A stretch of 64,000 bases of DNA from a bacterium (GCA_965213625.1 CBDBZU010000004.1:928001-992000), one strand, 5' to 3'; counted from the first letter of the stretch, positions 29,673 through 40,121 are shown. Made by a program: numbers and translations. Notes: generated by a model not told the origin, from the letters alone.

Positions 29673-31192
29673 GGGTCTGTTGAAAAACCCGGTGTTGGAA
29701 GCGGGCGTTTTGGCGGCTCACGCGGCGGCGGAGAGGCAGCCCAATCGGCGCGTGAGGGCGCCATGTGTGCGCAGACGGCGTCTCCAGGCGGCACAGACCC
29801 TCCAGAGGGCGAATAAACGCGCCGCAAAAGCGGCGGCCAGCCGCTTGAGGTTCACCGCTATCGCCGTCAGGTAGGACTGGATCCTCATGTTCGCAAGGCC
29901 CCGGCGCACCGCCCGCCCCAGTCCGTGCCAACTCTTCGCTTCGCCGTGGTAGCCCTCCGAGCGCCAACGGTGGCGGTCGTAGAGCCGCTTCTCCTCCTCC
30001 CCCCATCGCAAATGGCGACGACGCGCGCGCAACAGCGCCGGATACGCGTTGGGAATCAACACCGCCTTGCTCGTTTGCGACTTCGACAGACAATCGGACC
30101 TGAGCGCGCAGCCCGCGCAATCCCGCGTCTTCGATACATAGGAGCGCCCCCGCTCCGTCGCCTGCCGGGGACGCAGCGTCTTGCCTCCCGGACACTTCAC
30201 CACCTCGTTGCGCGCATCGTAGTGGAACAACTGCAGCGGAACACGGCTCTGGCTGGGTTCCTTCTTCGCTGGTATCAGCGCTTCCACGCCCCGCCGCTCC
30301 AATTCGCCATAAACCTTCGAGTACGCGTAGCCCGAATCCGCCGTCACCATCTCCGGCGCGCGGCCCGACAACTCGCTTACCGCCTCTATATGGGACGCCA
30401 TCATCTCACGCTCGTTCCGCGTCCCCTCCGTCACCGACACGTCGAGAACAACACCCCGCTCATCGTCCACCGCCGCGTGCTGCTTGTAGCTCGGCTCGAA
30501 CCCCGCCCGCGCGCTCTTGCGCGCAAGCCGCGCGTCCGGGTCCGTCCGGCTCACCCGACCCCCGCCACCGCGGCCTCCTCCCTTCTTCTCCCCCTCATCA
30601 TCGACGGGATTCTCCCGAATCACCTTCTCCGCGTGGTGCGCCGCCAGACTCTCCCAGCTCACGTCCGCGCGTATCAACGAGGCGTCCACGTGTACCACTT
30701 CCCCCTTCGCCACATTCGCCTCCAGGCAAGCCTGCACCGTGCGACGGAATATCTCCTTGAACCGAGCCTCCCCCCACCGCTGACGAATCCGCGTCAGGCT
30801 CGAATGATGCGGCAAATCCTCGTGCAGCCCGTACCCGATGAACCACCGGATCGCCAGGTGCGCACGCGCCTCGCGAAGCAGACGCCGGTCGTGTACGTAG
30901 CCCAGCAACATACCCGCAAGCATCAGGCGCAACGCCACCTCCGGGTCGATCCCCGGTCGACCGTTATCCGCGCAATAGCAATCCGCCACCTCCGCGCGAA
31001 GCCAACTCAAATCCAGTACGCGGTCCACGCGCATCAGGACGTGATCCTCGGGGATCAACCGTTCCAGCGAACCGGCCACGAACAAATCCATCTGCTCGCG
31101 CCCCTTGCTGCCTATCATCTCGGGAACTCCCATCTCGGGCGAGATAGTGTCATTACACCCAATCACAATGCCGGGGGTTTTTCAACAGCCCC
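29673..31192 (-). mobile_element. IS1182 family insertion sequence
   Basis: Terminal IRs GGGTCTGTTGAAAAACCCGG and CCGGGGGTTTTTCAACAGCCCC; no target duplication. Confidence 0.9.
29718..31166 (-). CDS. IS1182 family transposase
   Basis: LIPEDHVL, GRPGIDP, PHHSSL, VDAS, SRTDPDA, ADSGY, EGYHGEAK..HGL, NLKRLA. Confidence 0.93.
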   Translation of the reverse strand: MIGCNDTISPEMGVPEMIGSKGREQMDLFVAGSLERLIPEDHVLMRVDRVLDLSWLRAEVADCYCADNGRPGIDPEVALRLMLAGMLLGYVHDRRLLREARAHLAIRWFIGYGLHEDLPHHSSLTRIRQRWGEARFKEIFRRTVQACLEANVAKGEVVHVDASLIRADVSWESLAAHHAEKVIRENPVDDEGEKKGGGRGGGGRVSRTDPDARLARKSARAGFEPSYKQHAAVDDERGVVLDVSVTEGTRNEREMMASHIEAVSELSGRAPEMVTADSGYAYSKVYGELERRGVEALIPAKKEPSQSRVPLQLFHYDARNEVVKCPGGKTLRPRQATERGRSYVSKTRDCAGCALRSDCLSKSQTSKAVLIPNAYPALLRARRRHLRWGEEEKRLYDRHRWRSEGYHGEAKSWHGLGRAVRRGLANMRIQSYLTAIAVNLKRLAAAFAARLFALWRVCAAWRRRLRTHGALTRRLGCLSAAA

Positions 31193-31850
31193 GACAAGGG
31201 GGGGTAGGGGGGGTTGATTTTCCAGCCGAGAGGGGCGTCCCCTCTACTCTCGAAAAAGGGGACCTTATCAACAACCCCGTTGAGGGAGGCTTTGCGCTCC
31301 ATGCAAACGGGCCTCGCCGGGGTCAATCGTGATTGAAGATTGAGCGATTGCCGAAAAAGGGCCGCGTCGGGGTCAAAGCCGACCGCAGAGGGAGGTTTTG
31401 CCATGCGGTGCTTTGCGCTTACCCAAAAGGGCCGCGCGGGGAGACCCCCAGGCGGGCTTTCCGCTTACCGTGGTTCCCGGCCGTATCACCCGAGCCAATA
31501 GGCGAGCAACGTCCGGGTTTCGGGTGCGTATCCGCGCGACTGGATAACGATCCGTCTCGGTGGCGGGCAGACCCGCATGCGAGGCCTTTGGCCCCCGCGC
31601 GGCGTTTCCGGCCCGCCGCTGCTCGGTGTACAATCGCCAGGCAGTTCGACGTCCCCCGCCGGAATCACCCTTCGCCTCCACGAACACCCGTCGAGGCATC
31701 ACAAACGGAAGGAATACTATCAGCGAAGACGGTTTTGGGGGGTAAAGATTAGGTAAAGGTTTTGACGCGAGATCGTAGTTTCGGAGTTCCGTGCAGGGGG
31801 TTATTCCCGGGTCGGATTTTCATCCATGACGCTTGTATGTTCACCCGCAT

Positions 31851-31983
31851 GGGTCTGTCGAAAAACCCGGCGATGCCGGAATGACGATGCCTTTGCTCGG
31901 TCGATAAACAACAATGCAGGGGACCCTCTTCCCCGGTAGGCTTCATTCGCCGAATCACGAAATTATGGGTTTTCAACAACCCC
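31851..31983. mobile_element. MITE bounded by IS1182-like IRs
   Basis: GGGTCTGTCGAAAAACCCGG ... GGGTTTTCAACAACCCC, 133 bp, non-coding. Confidence 0.65.
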
Positions 31984-32017
31984 GCTGGGGGAGGGTTCGG
32001 GGCGCATGCATGAGCCC

Positions 32018-32488
32018 TCACTCGTTCACACGCCAGGTGTCGCGCATCGCGCAACCGCTCGCCTTGAAGAGGTTGTAGACCGGGCACCTGCGGAAATAGT
32101 CCGCCTTGAGCGCTTCCAGCTGTTCGTCGTTCGCGTCGATCTCGAGCCAAATCTCGCTGTGCGCCTCGCTGGGGTTCGAGTCGTAGCCGTCCTGTCCCGC
32201 GATGCCTCTCGGGCTGTAGACGATGGTGGATTTCACCTTGAGGGAGCCTATCTCGAGCTTCGCTTCTTTTGCGCATCTTTCGAGTATTACCGCCGTACAG
32301 CCTGCGAGCGAAATGACGAGATAGCCCGTCGGCGAGGGGCCCTCGTCCGAGCCGCCCAGGCGCTTCGGCTCATCCACCACCATGGTATGCCCGCCCTTCA
32401 CGGTGACGATGCTCTTCGCATGGCCCTTAAAGTCGGCTTCCGCCCAGTTATCCGTGGTTTCTGGTAGTTCTTTCGGTCGAATCGCCAT
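32018..32488 (-). CDS. OsmC family protein
   Basis: VDEPKRLGGSDEGPSP, SLAGCT, RRCPVYN. Confidence 0.88.
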   Translation of the reverse strand: MAIRPKELPETTDNWAEADFKGHAKSIVTVKGGHTMVVDEPKRLGGSDEGPSPTGYLVISLAGCTAVILERCAKEAKLEIGSLKVKSTIVYSPRGIAGQDGYDSNPSEAHSEIWLEIDANDEQLEALKADYFRRCPVYNLFKASGCAMRDTWRVNE

Positions 32489-32657
32489 TCTGTGCGCTCC
32501 ATCTGATAATGAGAAATAAAATTCCTTGCCCAAGACGCATCCGCGCGGGCCGCTATCGTCCGCGTCTTGTAGCAGGGAATCCGGGAAAAGGGTAACTGGG
32601 GTTGGGTAAATTCGGAGTCATTGCCGGAATGACGAGCAAAACCACTCGCCGGCAATT

Positions 32658-32704
32658 GTAGGGACAGGCCCCTGTGCCTGTCCGAGGTCGCGACCTGTCC
32701 CTAC
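32658..32704. repeat. GTAG-family REP element (long variant)
   Basis: GTAGGGACAGGCCCCTGTGCCTGTCCGAGGTCGCGACCTGTCCCTAC; related copies at 35250-35296 and 39909-39955. Confidence 0.85.
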
Positions 32705-32809
32705 GGAACAATTCCTTCTCGATTGGGCTCGACGCGACAAGGCCGACACAGCACAAAAAAATCGCCCCGCTCCCGGAAGAGCGAGGCGATATGTATTTGA
32801 AAGGCTCGC

Positions 32810-33268
32810 CTATAGGGCTTTCAGCACGTCCTTCGTATGCCCGTCCACTTTGACGTCCCGGAACACTTTCTCGATGACGCCCGACTCGTCGATGATGTAG
32901 GTGGTGCGGTAGATGCCGTTGAACTTCTCGCCGAACAGCGTCTTCTCCCCGTACGCCCCGTATTTGGAGGAGATCAAGCCGTCGGGGTCCGCCAGCAGGG
33001 TGAAGTCCAGCTCCAGTTGCTCGGAAAACTTCTTGTGGCTGACCTCGTTGTCCGGGCTGACGCCGATTACGGTCGCGTTCTTCTTCTGTATCCGCTGCAG
33101 TTGCTTGTTGAAGTCCTGCGCCTCCGCCGTGCATCCGGGCGTGTTGTCCTTCGGGTAGAAGTAAAGCACGACCTTCTGGCCCTTGTATTTCGAGAGCCGG
33201 TGCACTTTGCCGTTCTCATCCCTCAAGGCGAAGGCGGGGGCTTTCGCTCCTTCTTTTAGCGCTGCCAT
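32810..33268 (-). CDS. bcp: Thioredoxin-dependent peroxiredoxin
   Basis: VVLYFYPKDNTPGCTAEA, GVSPD, RTTYIID. Confidence 0.95.
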   Translation of the reverse strand: MAALKEGAKAPAFALRDENGKVHRLSKYKGQKVVLYFYPKDNTPGCTAEAQDFNKQLQRIQKKNATVIGVSPDNEVSHKKFSEQLELDFTLLADPDGLISSKYGAYGEKTLFGEKFNGIYRTTYIIDESGVIEKVFRDVKVDGHTKDVLKAL

Positions 33269-33408
33269 TTCGCCCTCCTGTCGTTGCAGTCCTAGAGTTC
33301 AATAAAAACCACGCGTCTTGAGCCGCATGTTTGAGATATTGCAGGAGTAATCGACGTTCGGGAAATTATAATGCCACAGAAGGGAGCAGACTTCAAGCGC
33401 TTCCGGCG

Positions 33409-34230
33409 TTACAGCCCCCAATCGCGCGCGTAGCGGAAGTCGCGGTCGATGGTGCGCTGGCTGAGCTTGGCGATGAGCGGCAGACGCCTCTTGTACTGGC
33501 TGCGCTGCACCAGCCGCTGGATGCCGTCCACGAGTTCGGGCGGGAAGCCCTCGCCCAGCAGTTCCTCGCGCGTGTAGCGGCAGTCGATCATCCGGTACAG
33601 GACGGCGTCGGCCACCTCGTAGGTGTAGCCGAGTTCCTGCTCGTCGGTCTGGCCCACCCACAAGTCCGCGCTCGGGGCCTTCTCCACCACCTGCGCGGGC
33701 ACGCCGACGTGGCGCGAGAGCTGGCGCACCTGCGTCTTGAACAGATCGCCGATGGGGTTCACCGCGCTCGCCATGTCCCCGAACAGGGTCCCGTAGCCGA
33801 GCAGGAGTTCGGTCTTGTTGCTCGTGCCCACCACCAGCGCGCTTAGGAAGGCGGAGTGATCATACAGAATCGTCATCCGCTCGCGCGCCATCTTGTTGCC
33901 CCGGCGGAGGTTGTCCGCATCGGGATATCGCTCGTAATACGCATCCACCTGGGGCGAGATGTCCACCACCTCGATGTGGATGCCGCTCGCCTCGGCCACC
34001 GCGCGCGCATCCGCCTCGCTCTGTGGGTTCGAGAGGCGGTAGGGCATGATGACGCCCGTCACGTTCTCAGGGCCCATGGCCGCTGCCGCCAGAAAGGCGG
34101 AAAGCGCGCTGTCGATCCCGCCCGAAAGGCCCAGGACGAGTTTCTTCACGCCCACTTTCGAGACCTCATCACGAATGAAGCCCGCCAGCAGGCCTGCGGC
34201 GAGCTCGCCGTCGAGTTCGAGTTCCGCCAT
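33409..34230 (-). CDS. nadE: NAD+ synthetase (synthetase domain only)
   Basis: [43 protein letters not shown]. Confidence 0.95.
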   Translation of the reverse strand: MAELELDGELAAGLLAGFIRDEVSKVGVKKLVLGLSGGIDSALSAFLAAAAMGPENVTGVIMPYRLSNPQSEADARAVAEASGIHIEVVDISPQVDAYYERYPDADNLRRGNKMARERMTILYDHSAFLSALVVGTSNKTELLLGYGTLFGDMASAVNPIGDLFKTQVRQLSRHVGVPAQVVEKAPSADLWVGQTDEQELGYTYEVADAVLYRMIDCRYTREELLGEGFPPELVDGIQRLVQRSQYKRRLPLIAKLSQRTIDRDFRYARDWGL

Positions 34231-34409
34231 CGCGCCTTCAATGAGTCCTTCGTCGAGCAAACCGTATCTCCACATTGAGGAGGGTTTCAGCAGGTTCCGC
34301 TCCTATCATGCCTCCCGTCCGCGCGCCGCGCAACGCTGCCGGGCCATTGACCCCGCACGGCGCGGGGGATACCTTTCTCCCATCCATCCACCGATTCTAT
34401 GGAGTTCTT

Positions 34410-35189
34410 ATGCCATACGTGGGAAACATCGAAGACGTCAAATGGGTCTACGATCAGGAAGAGGCGCTGCGCAAAGGCTCGCCCATACTCATCAATACGC
34501 CGAATCTGGAAGTGCGGGCCATCGTTCTCCCGCCGGGCAAGTATCCGCCTTATCACGCCCATCACGAGGAGATGGACGAGGGCTACCTCATCTATAACGG
34601 GAGCGGGCTTATCCTCAATAACGGGGAGACGTTCGAAGTCGACAAAGGCGACGTGCTCCTGAACCCGCGCGGCGCGATGCACAACATGAAAAACATAGGC
34701 GATGACGAGCTGATAGAGTTCAACTTCAGGGGCGGCCGAATGCCTTCGGGCTTCTTGTTACCGCTGGGCGATCCGCCCCCCAGTCCCGACCCCGAAGCGG
34801 CGGGAAACCCCATGTCGCCTCCCGTCCCCTACATCAAGGGCGACGTCGCCTCACTCACGGGTCCGTTCGACGCAGGCTCCGTGAAGGAGAAGGGTCTCGC
34901 GCGCGCCATCGCCACCGAATACCTGGAGTGCCAGATCGTCTCGTTCCCTCCCGGGGGGAGACCGCACGTCCATCGTCACCAGGAAACGATTGACGAGGGA
35001 ACTCTCGTTCTGGAAGGACGCATGAACATCATCATCGAAGACGAGACCATCGAGGCGTCGGTGGGCGACCTCGTCCACACCCCCGGCGGCGCATGGCACA
35101 CCGTGCACAACGCGAGCGACGCTCCCGCCACCTTGTTCAACTTCCGGGGCGGCTCGCTGCCCTCCAGAACCGAATGGCGCGACGCGTAG
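34410..35189 (+). CDS. Bicupin domain protein
   Basis: Two cupin motifs: HAHHEEMDE...H and HRHQETIDE...H. Confidence 0.85.
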   Translation: MPYVGNIEDVKWVYDQEEALRKGSPILINTPNLEVRAIVLPPGKYPPYHAHHEEMDEGYLIYNGSGLILNNGETFEVDKGDVLLNPRGAMHNMKNIGDDELIEFNFRGGRMPSGFLLPLGDPPPSPDPEAAGNPMSPPVPYIKGDVASLTGPFDAGSVKEKGLARAIATEYLECQIVSFPPGGRPHVHRHQETIDEGTLVLEGRMNIIIEDETIEASVGDLVHTPGGAWHTVHNASDAPATLFNFRGGSLPSRTEWRDA

Positions 35190-35202
35190 AGAGAGGTCAC
35201 CC

Positions 35203-35296
35203 GTAGGGGCGGACCGATGCGTCCACCCGTCTCGATTCTCAATGCCTTTGTAGGGAAAGGCCCCTGTGCCTGTCCGAGGTCGCATCCTGTCCCTAC
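35203..35296. repeat. GTAG REP cluster
   Basis: GTAGGGGCGGACC... and GTAGGGAAAGGCCCCTGTGCCTGTCC...CCCTAC. Confidence 0.75.
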
Positions 35297-35561
35297 GGAG
35301 AGAGGCAACAACGGGGCAAAGTTTCTTGTCGGTGGCGCTCCCTCCTCGGGAGCGCCCCACGCATATATGGGGCCCATGGTTTAACGGCGAAGAAACAGGG
35401 ATGCATGTATGCATCCCCTACAATGCCATCGTGCTTTTCTTAGTAGAACAGACTAGGGGGTTTCGGACAGACACGGAGGCCTATCCCTACGGATCCCGGT
35501 CGGTTATATCTTCCGAATCACGAAATCGAAACTCATTCAACAAATCCTCCCCGCTCGGGGT

Positions 35562-36422
35562 TCACCCTTCCCGCGAGCGCTGGATGCGGCGGAGTTCGCG
35601 CAGGGTGAGGTGCAGGTCTTCATCCCGGAGCGTGGGGGATGCGATGCGCGCGCGCCGCACGTTCGCCGTGTCCACTTCTGTGACGAGCAGTTGCTCGCTT
35701 GCGCGCTCCGCCTGGGCGAGGGGCTCCCCGCTGGGCGCGAGTATCTCAGACCCGCCCCAGAAGTTGATGCCGTCCTCATACCCCACCCGGTTGCTGAAGA
35801 CGACGTGCTGGTTGTAGGACGCGGCGTAGGTTCTCGTGAGCGACTGCCAGACGCGCTGTATCGCGAGGCCGCCCTCGCCGTTCGCCTTGCTCACCCCGCG
35901 CGCCGGACTCGCCGAGGGAACGATGAGCAAATCCGCCCCGTCGAGCGAGGCGATGCCCGCCAGGCTCGGGTGCCAGGCGTCCTCGCAGATGAGAATCGCC
36001 GCACGCCCGAACCGCGTGTCGAAAGCGCGCACCTTGTCTCCCTTGCCCACGTAGCGGTTCTCGTCGAACAGCCCGTATGTCGGCAGGTACACCTTGCGGT
36101 GCACGTGGAGCAGTTCGCCGTTCTCGAAATAGGCCGCGGAATTGAAAAACCCGTGCCTGCCGGATTCCTCCACGAAGCCCACCACCAGGGAGAGGTTCTT
36201 GCTCAAGGCGGCGATTTCCTTTATCGCCGAGGTATTGCGCCGGATGGCCACCTCGGGAACCATGTCCTTCAGGAAATAGCCGGTGAGGGAGAGTTCGGGA
36301 AAAACGAGGAGGTCGACGCCTTCCGCCTCGGCCTTTCTCACTTCTTCGACCAGCAATTCACGGTTCGCGTCGAGGTTTCCAAGCCTCGGCCCTATCTGGG
36401 CCGTAGCCGCCAGAAATTTCAT
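35562..36422 (-). CDS. Carbon-nitrogen hydrolase; likely glutaminase subunit of NAD synthetase
   Basis: FPELSLTGY, HRKVYLPTYGLFDENRY, ICEDAW, FWGGS. Confidence 0.88.
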   Translation of the reverse strand: MKFLAATAQIGPRLGNLDANRELLVEEVRKAEAEGVDLLVFPELSLTGYFLKDMVPEVAIRRNTSAIKEIAALSKNLSLVVGFVEESGRHGFFNSAAYFENGELLHVHRKVYLPTYGLFDENRYVGKGDKVRAFDTRFGRAAILICEDAWHPSLAGIASLDGADLLIVPSASPARGVSKANGEGGLAIQRVWQSLTRTYAASYNQHVVFSNRVGYEDGINFWGGSEILAPSGEPLAQAERASEQLLVTEVDTANVRRARIASPTLRDEDLHLTLRELRRIQRSREG

Positions 36423-36562
36423 GTCGTCTTCCTGTCGAGATTGGATAAGAAATTCAATTCGTCATGCGCATCGCGGCATGTAACGCCGCCGCGCTCATCT
36501 TTGTCTAGCACATTATCGGCGATCCTAGGAAACCGGCGCGGGAAAACCGCGAAGGAACCTGC

Positions 36563-36937
36563 TCAAATGAAAAGCTTGGTCTCCGCCCCTTTTGTTTTCC
36601 GCATGAACTCAGGGAGGCTGATTACCTCGTCCACGACGTCCGCCACGTCCTCGGGCGCGAGGTCCAGGAGCTTGGGCTGCGCGGCGCAGGCATATATCTT
36701 GAGCTTGCCGAGCCTTCTGGCGGCTTCGATGAGTTCCTCCGCCGAATGCGCCCCGCGCGCGCCCTCTCCCGCCGGGAGCGCGGCATCCAGATCGTCGTCC
36801 ACGAATCGCTTGAGCGCGCCGAAGAAGAGGATGACGTGCGCCTCATCCCCGTTTGCGGCGGCGCTCGCCGCGAGGGTGGCTATCTGGTGGATGCGCTCGG
36901 GATCACCGCTGTGGGCGTATATGACGAACTGGGACAT
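36563..36937 (-). CDS. DsrE/DsrF-like protein
   Basis: LAASAAANGDEAHVILFF, KIYACA, ETKLFI. Confidence 0.75.
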   Translation of the reverse strand: MSQFVIYAHSGDPERIHQIATLAASAAANGDEAHVILFFGALKRFVDDDLDAALPAGEGARGAHSAEELIEAARRLGKLKIYACAAQPKLLDLAPEDVADVVDEVISLPEFMRKTKGAETKLFI

Positions 36938-37012
36938 ATGGGCCTTAATCTTTGTGCGGGGGCGGGCGGCGCAATGGCGAAACCTGCTGAAAAGGCAATG
37001 ATTGCGTTTGTT

Positions 37013-37123
37013 GTAGGGGCGGGCCTCCGTGCCCGCCCTGTATTTTATTTATTCGACAATTCCATCTGCGTATCGTAGGGGTGAATACATACAAAGCTGG
37101 GCGGGCACGGAGGCCCGCCCCCA
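37013..37123. repeat. Inverted REP doublet (BIME-like)
   Basis: GTAGGGGCGGGCCTCCGTGCCCGCCC ... GGGCGGGCACGGAGGCCCGCCCCAC. Confidence 0.8.
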
Positions 37124-37177
37124 CGGATCACACTAGCCCAATCCAGCCGGTCGCGGAAATCCGATCCTCGAACCGCA

Positions 37178-37450
37178 TCACTCGAAATCTTTCGGTTCCA
37201 CGTCTTTGAAATCATACTCGGGCAGATCCGAGCGGGGCGGCGGGTCGACGTCCTCATCCTGCATGTGGCGAGGCTTCGGGTTCGAGGCCAGAAGGTGGGC
37301 GATCAAGCGATAGACGCCGTATATCAGACCGAAGGCCGCGACGAACCAGAGCGCCCCTATAAAATCTCGTTGGTAGAAGTAGTATGCGATGCCCAGCCAG
37401 AAGACAAACCCTGCGAATATGCCCAGAGCCGATCGACCGTTTTCCATCAC
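37178..37450 (-). CDS. Small two-TM membrane protein
   Basis: Two hydrophobic helices and an acidic tail; co-oriented with the par operon. Confidence 0.6.
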   Translation of the reverse strand: MMENGRSALGIFAGFVFWLGIAYYFYQRDFIGALWFVAAFGLIYGVYRLIAHLLASNPKPRHMQDEDVDPPPRSDLPEYDFKDVEPKDFE

Positions 37451-37486
37451 CAGCCGCCTTTGTTATCAGCCGTGTAGCGCCCGTTT

Positions 37487-37927
37487 TCAGTCTGACTCGG
37501 GAGCGGGCGCCGAGGATTTGTTCTCTTCTGAACCCTCCTCAGCCTCAGGAGCCTCCTCTGCTTCCTCGGCGCTCGTTATCGAGCCTCCTTCTTCGCCCGT
37601 CATGTGGCAGGCGCCTTCGAACACGGCGCCTTCTTCAATGTATATGCTCGGCGTGAAAATCTCGCCGCTCACGTGGGAGCCGACTCTCATCTCACACTTT
37701 TCCTTCGCCTCTATCTTGCCCTCCATCCGGCCCATCACGATGACGACGCCGGCCCTGACCTCGGCCTTTACCTTCGCCGCTGTCCCGATGATGAAGGTGT
37801 CGTCCGTGATCACCTCTCCCTCGAGGACGCCGTCCACGCGCACGGTTCCCTCGAAGGAAATGACGCCCTTGAACTCGGTGCCTTCCCCCAGAAAGGCGCG
37901 TATGCTCTTCTCGTAGTTTTTCGCCAT
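37487..37927 (-). CDS. Bactofilin (polymer-forming cytoskeletal protein)
   Basis: FLGEGTEFKG, VRVDG, VSGEI..SIYIEEGAVFEG. Confidence 0.92.
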   Translation of the reverse strand: MAKNYEKSIRAFLGEGTEFKGVISFEGTVRVDGVLEGEVITDDTFIIGTAAKVKAEVRAGVVIVMGRMEGKIEAKEKCEMRVGSHVSGEIFTPSIYIEEGAVFEGACHMTGEEGGSITSAEEAEEAPEAEEGSEENKSSAPAPESD

Positions 37928-37965
37928 ACATCGACCCTCGCATGATTCCCGAGAAAAAACCAGAG

Positions 37966-38892
37966 CTAACAAAGCCGCTGGAGCAATCCCTCGAGCGTCT
38001 CCCTCGTATAATACTCTATTTCTATCTTTCCGCTCTCCTCATCGCCGGAAATCGCGACTTTCGTACCGAGTGCGCCTCTGAGCCGCTCCGCCGCATCGCG
38101 CAGATAAAGCGCCTGCGGTCCCGAGGGCCCGTTCTGGGGAGCCGTTCGCGGCAAGGTTTCCCTCTTCTCGCTCCCGCCCTCGAGCACGCGCCGCACGCGC
38201 ATTTCGAGCTGGCGCACGGAGAGTCGTTTTTCGGTGGCGGTCCTGGCGTGGCTCTCCATCTCCTCATCCGTGCGCAAGGACAGGAGCGCCCTGGCGTGCC
38301 CCATGGAGAGGAGTCCCGCGGCAACGCTCTCCTGAACCGGGGCGGGCAGATTGAGCAGGCGGACGTAGTTCGCAACCGTGGAGCGGTCCTTGCCCACGCG
38401 GGCGGCGACCTCTTCCTGCGTGAGGCCCAGGCGCTCCATCATGCTCGCGTATGCGGCCGACTCTTCCATGGGGTTCAGGTCGGCGCGCTGCACGTTCTCG
38501 ACGATGGCGAGTTCGAGCGCCTCCTCTCCCCCCGCGTCGGTGAGGATGGCGGGAACCTCGTCGACTTCCGCCAGCCGGGCGGCCCGCCAGCGCCGCTCCC
38601 CGGCCACGATCTCATACCCCCCGCTCGCGGCGCGCCGGATAAGCAGGGGCTGTATCACCCCGTGACGCTTCACGGATTCGGCCAGTTCGGCCAAGTCTTC
38701 CTCGTCGAAGTCAACGCGCGGCTGGTGAACGCCGGGGGTGAGGCGGTCGGGAGAGAGCCGCATCAGAATGCCCGCTTCCTCGGCGGCGGTTCTCGGCGCA
38801 TCCAGCACCGCCGGCGCGGGCTCTTGCCCATCATGGGAGGCCAGGAGCGCGTCCAGGCCACGCCCGAGCACTTTTTTCCGAATGGTCGTCAT
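37966..38892 (-). CDS. parB: Chromosome partitioning protein ParB
   Basis: LGRGLDAL, QPR, IVAGERRWRA, ENVQRADL, VGKDRSTVAN. Confidence 0.96.
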   Translation of the reverse strand: MTTIRKKVLGRGLDALLASHDGQEPAPAVLDAPRTAAEEAGILMRLSPDRLTPGVHQPRVDFDEEDLAELAESVKRHGVIQPLLIRRAASGGYEIVAGERRWRAARLAEVDEVPAILTDAGGEEALELAIVENVQRADLNPMEESAAYASMMERLGLTQEEVAARVGKDRSTVANYVRLLNLPAPVQESVAAGLLSMGHARALLSLRTDEEMESHARTATEKRLSVRQLEMRVRRVLEGGSEKRETLPRTAPQNGPSGPQALYLRDAAERLRGALGTKVAISGDEESGKIEIEYYTRETLEGLLQRLC

Positions 38893-39734
38893 GTCTGGTT
38901 TTTCATCCTTTCCTTCGAGCGCGTGATGAACTCGCCCGCCAGCGCGAGATACGCCTGTGCGCCCGGCGAGGAGATGTCGTAGGTGATTACCGGCTTCCCG
39001 TGGCTCGGCGCCTCGGCGAGGCGCACGTTCCTGGGAATCACGACACGGTAGGTCAATTCCGGCAGATGGGAGCGCAAGTCCTCGCTCACCTGACGCGAAA
39101 GGTTCGTCCTCGAATCATACATCGTGAGCAGAATACCGCCTATCCTGAGCCCAGGGTGGACGCTCCCGCGAATCCGCTCCACCGTCTTCATGAGCCGGGC
39201 CAGGCCCTCGAGCGCAAAATACTCCGCCTGGATGGGAATCAGCACCTCATCCGCCGCCCGCAGGCCGTTCAGGGTGAGAAAGCCCAGAGAGGGCGGGCAG
39301 TCGATGAGGATATAGCGGAACCGGCTCCGGAGCGGTTCGATAATGTTCCGCAAACGGCTTTCCCTTTGCGGCAAATCCGCTATCTCCACCTCCGCGCCCG
39401 CCAGGTCGATGGAGGAGGGAAAAACGCTTAGTCCTTTAATATCAGAGTTATACAAGGAATCGTCGTCTATCGAATCGCCAAGCACAAGCGCCCGGTAGAG
39501 AGAAGACGAAGGCGAAAATATACCGAAATTGCTCGTCGCATTCGATTGCGGGTCCATGTCGACCAGCAGCGTCGGCTGATCCGCCACGGCGAGGCAGGCC
39601 GCCAGGTTGACGGCCGTCGTCGTCTTGCCGACGCCGCCTTTCTGGTTCACGACGGCCACGACCGTACAAGGGGCCTCATTCGCCCTGGCTTCGGGAACGC
39701 TCGGGGAAATGGTCACTCCGGGTGTGATTTCCAT
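38889..39734 (-). CDS. parA: Chromosome partitioning ATPase ParA/Soj
   Basis: NQKGGVGKTTT, DMDPQ, IDCPPSLG, IPRNVRLAEAPSHG. Confidence 0.96.
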   Translation of the reverse strand: MEITPGVTISPSVPEARANEAPCTVVAVVNQKGGVGKTTTAVNLAACLAVADQPTLLVDMDPQSNATSNFGIFSPSSSLYRALVLGDSIDDDSLYNSDIKGLSVFPSSIDLAGAEVEIADLPQRESRLRNIIEPLRSRFRYILIDCPPSLGFLTLNGLRAADEVLIPIQAEYFALEGLARLMKTVERIRGSVHPGLRIGGILLTMYDSRTNLSRQVSEDLRSHLPELTYRVVIPRNVRLAEAPSHGKPVITYDISSPGAQAYLALAGEFITRSKERMKNQT

Positions 39735-39812
39735 GTGTTTTTATTTCAGGGCGGGTGAAGACGGCTTCCGATGAACAAAGATTCTCACACCACACCCGAA
39801 AAAACAACCGGA

Positions 39813-40121
39813 TGTTTCACGTGGAACAGATTTTCCTGAAAATTCAGGGGGGGGGAGAATGTTCCACGTGGAACAACGGTAAATCTGCAACGGGACGGTT
39901 GCTCTGTGGTAGGGAAAGGCCCCCGTGCCTGTCCGAGGTCGCGACCTGTCCCGACGGGCCTCAAAAAGTCGTAAAGGTAGGATTGCGGCCATTTCGTAAG
40001 GCCAGAAACCACAAAGACCGTAGGGGCGGTTCGCAAGTGGCCCACGTGTACTGCCCAGAATTACACCATTAAAGCGCAATTCCGGTTCGCCATAAAATCA
40101 ATAATCGTTTCACGTGGAACG
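39813..40121. promoter_or_regulatory. Three parS centromere sites
   Basis: TGTTTCACGTGGAACA 39813-39828; TGTTCCACGTGGAACA 39860-39875; CGTTTCACGTGGAACG 40106-40121. Confidence 0.92.

Noticed and set aside
31193-31850. Possible tRNA, att site or ncRNA at the island's right edge
   Set aside because: No cloverleaf, T-loop motif or direct repeat recognised; the ORFs look spurious
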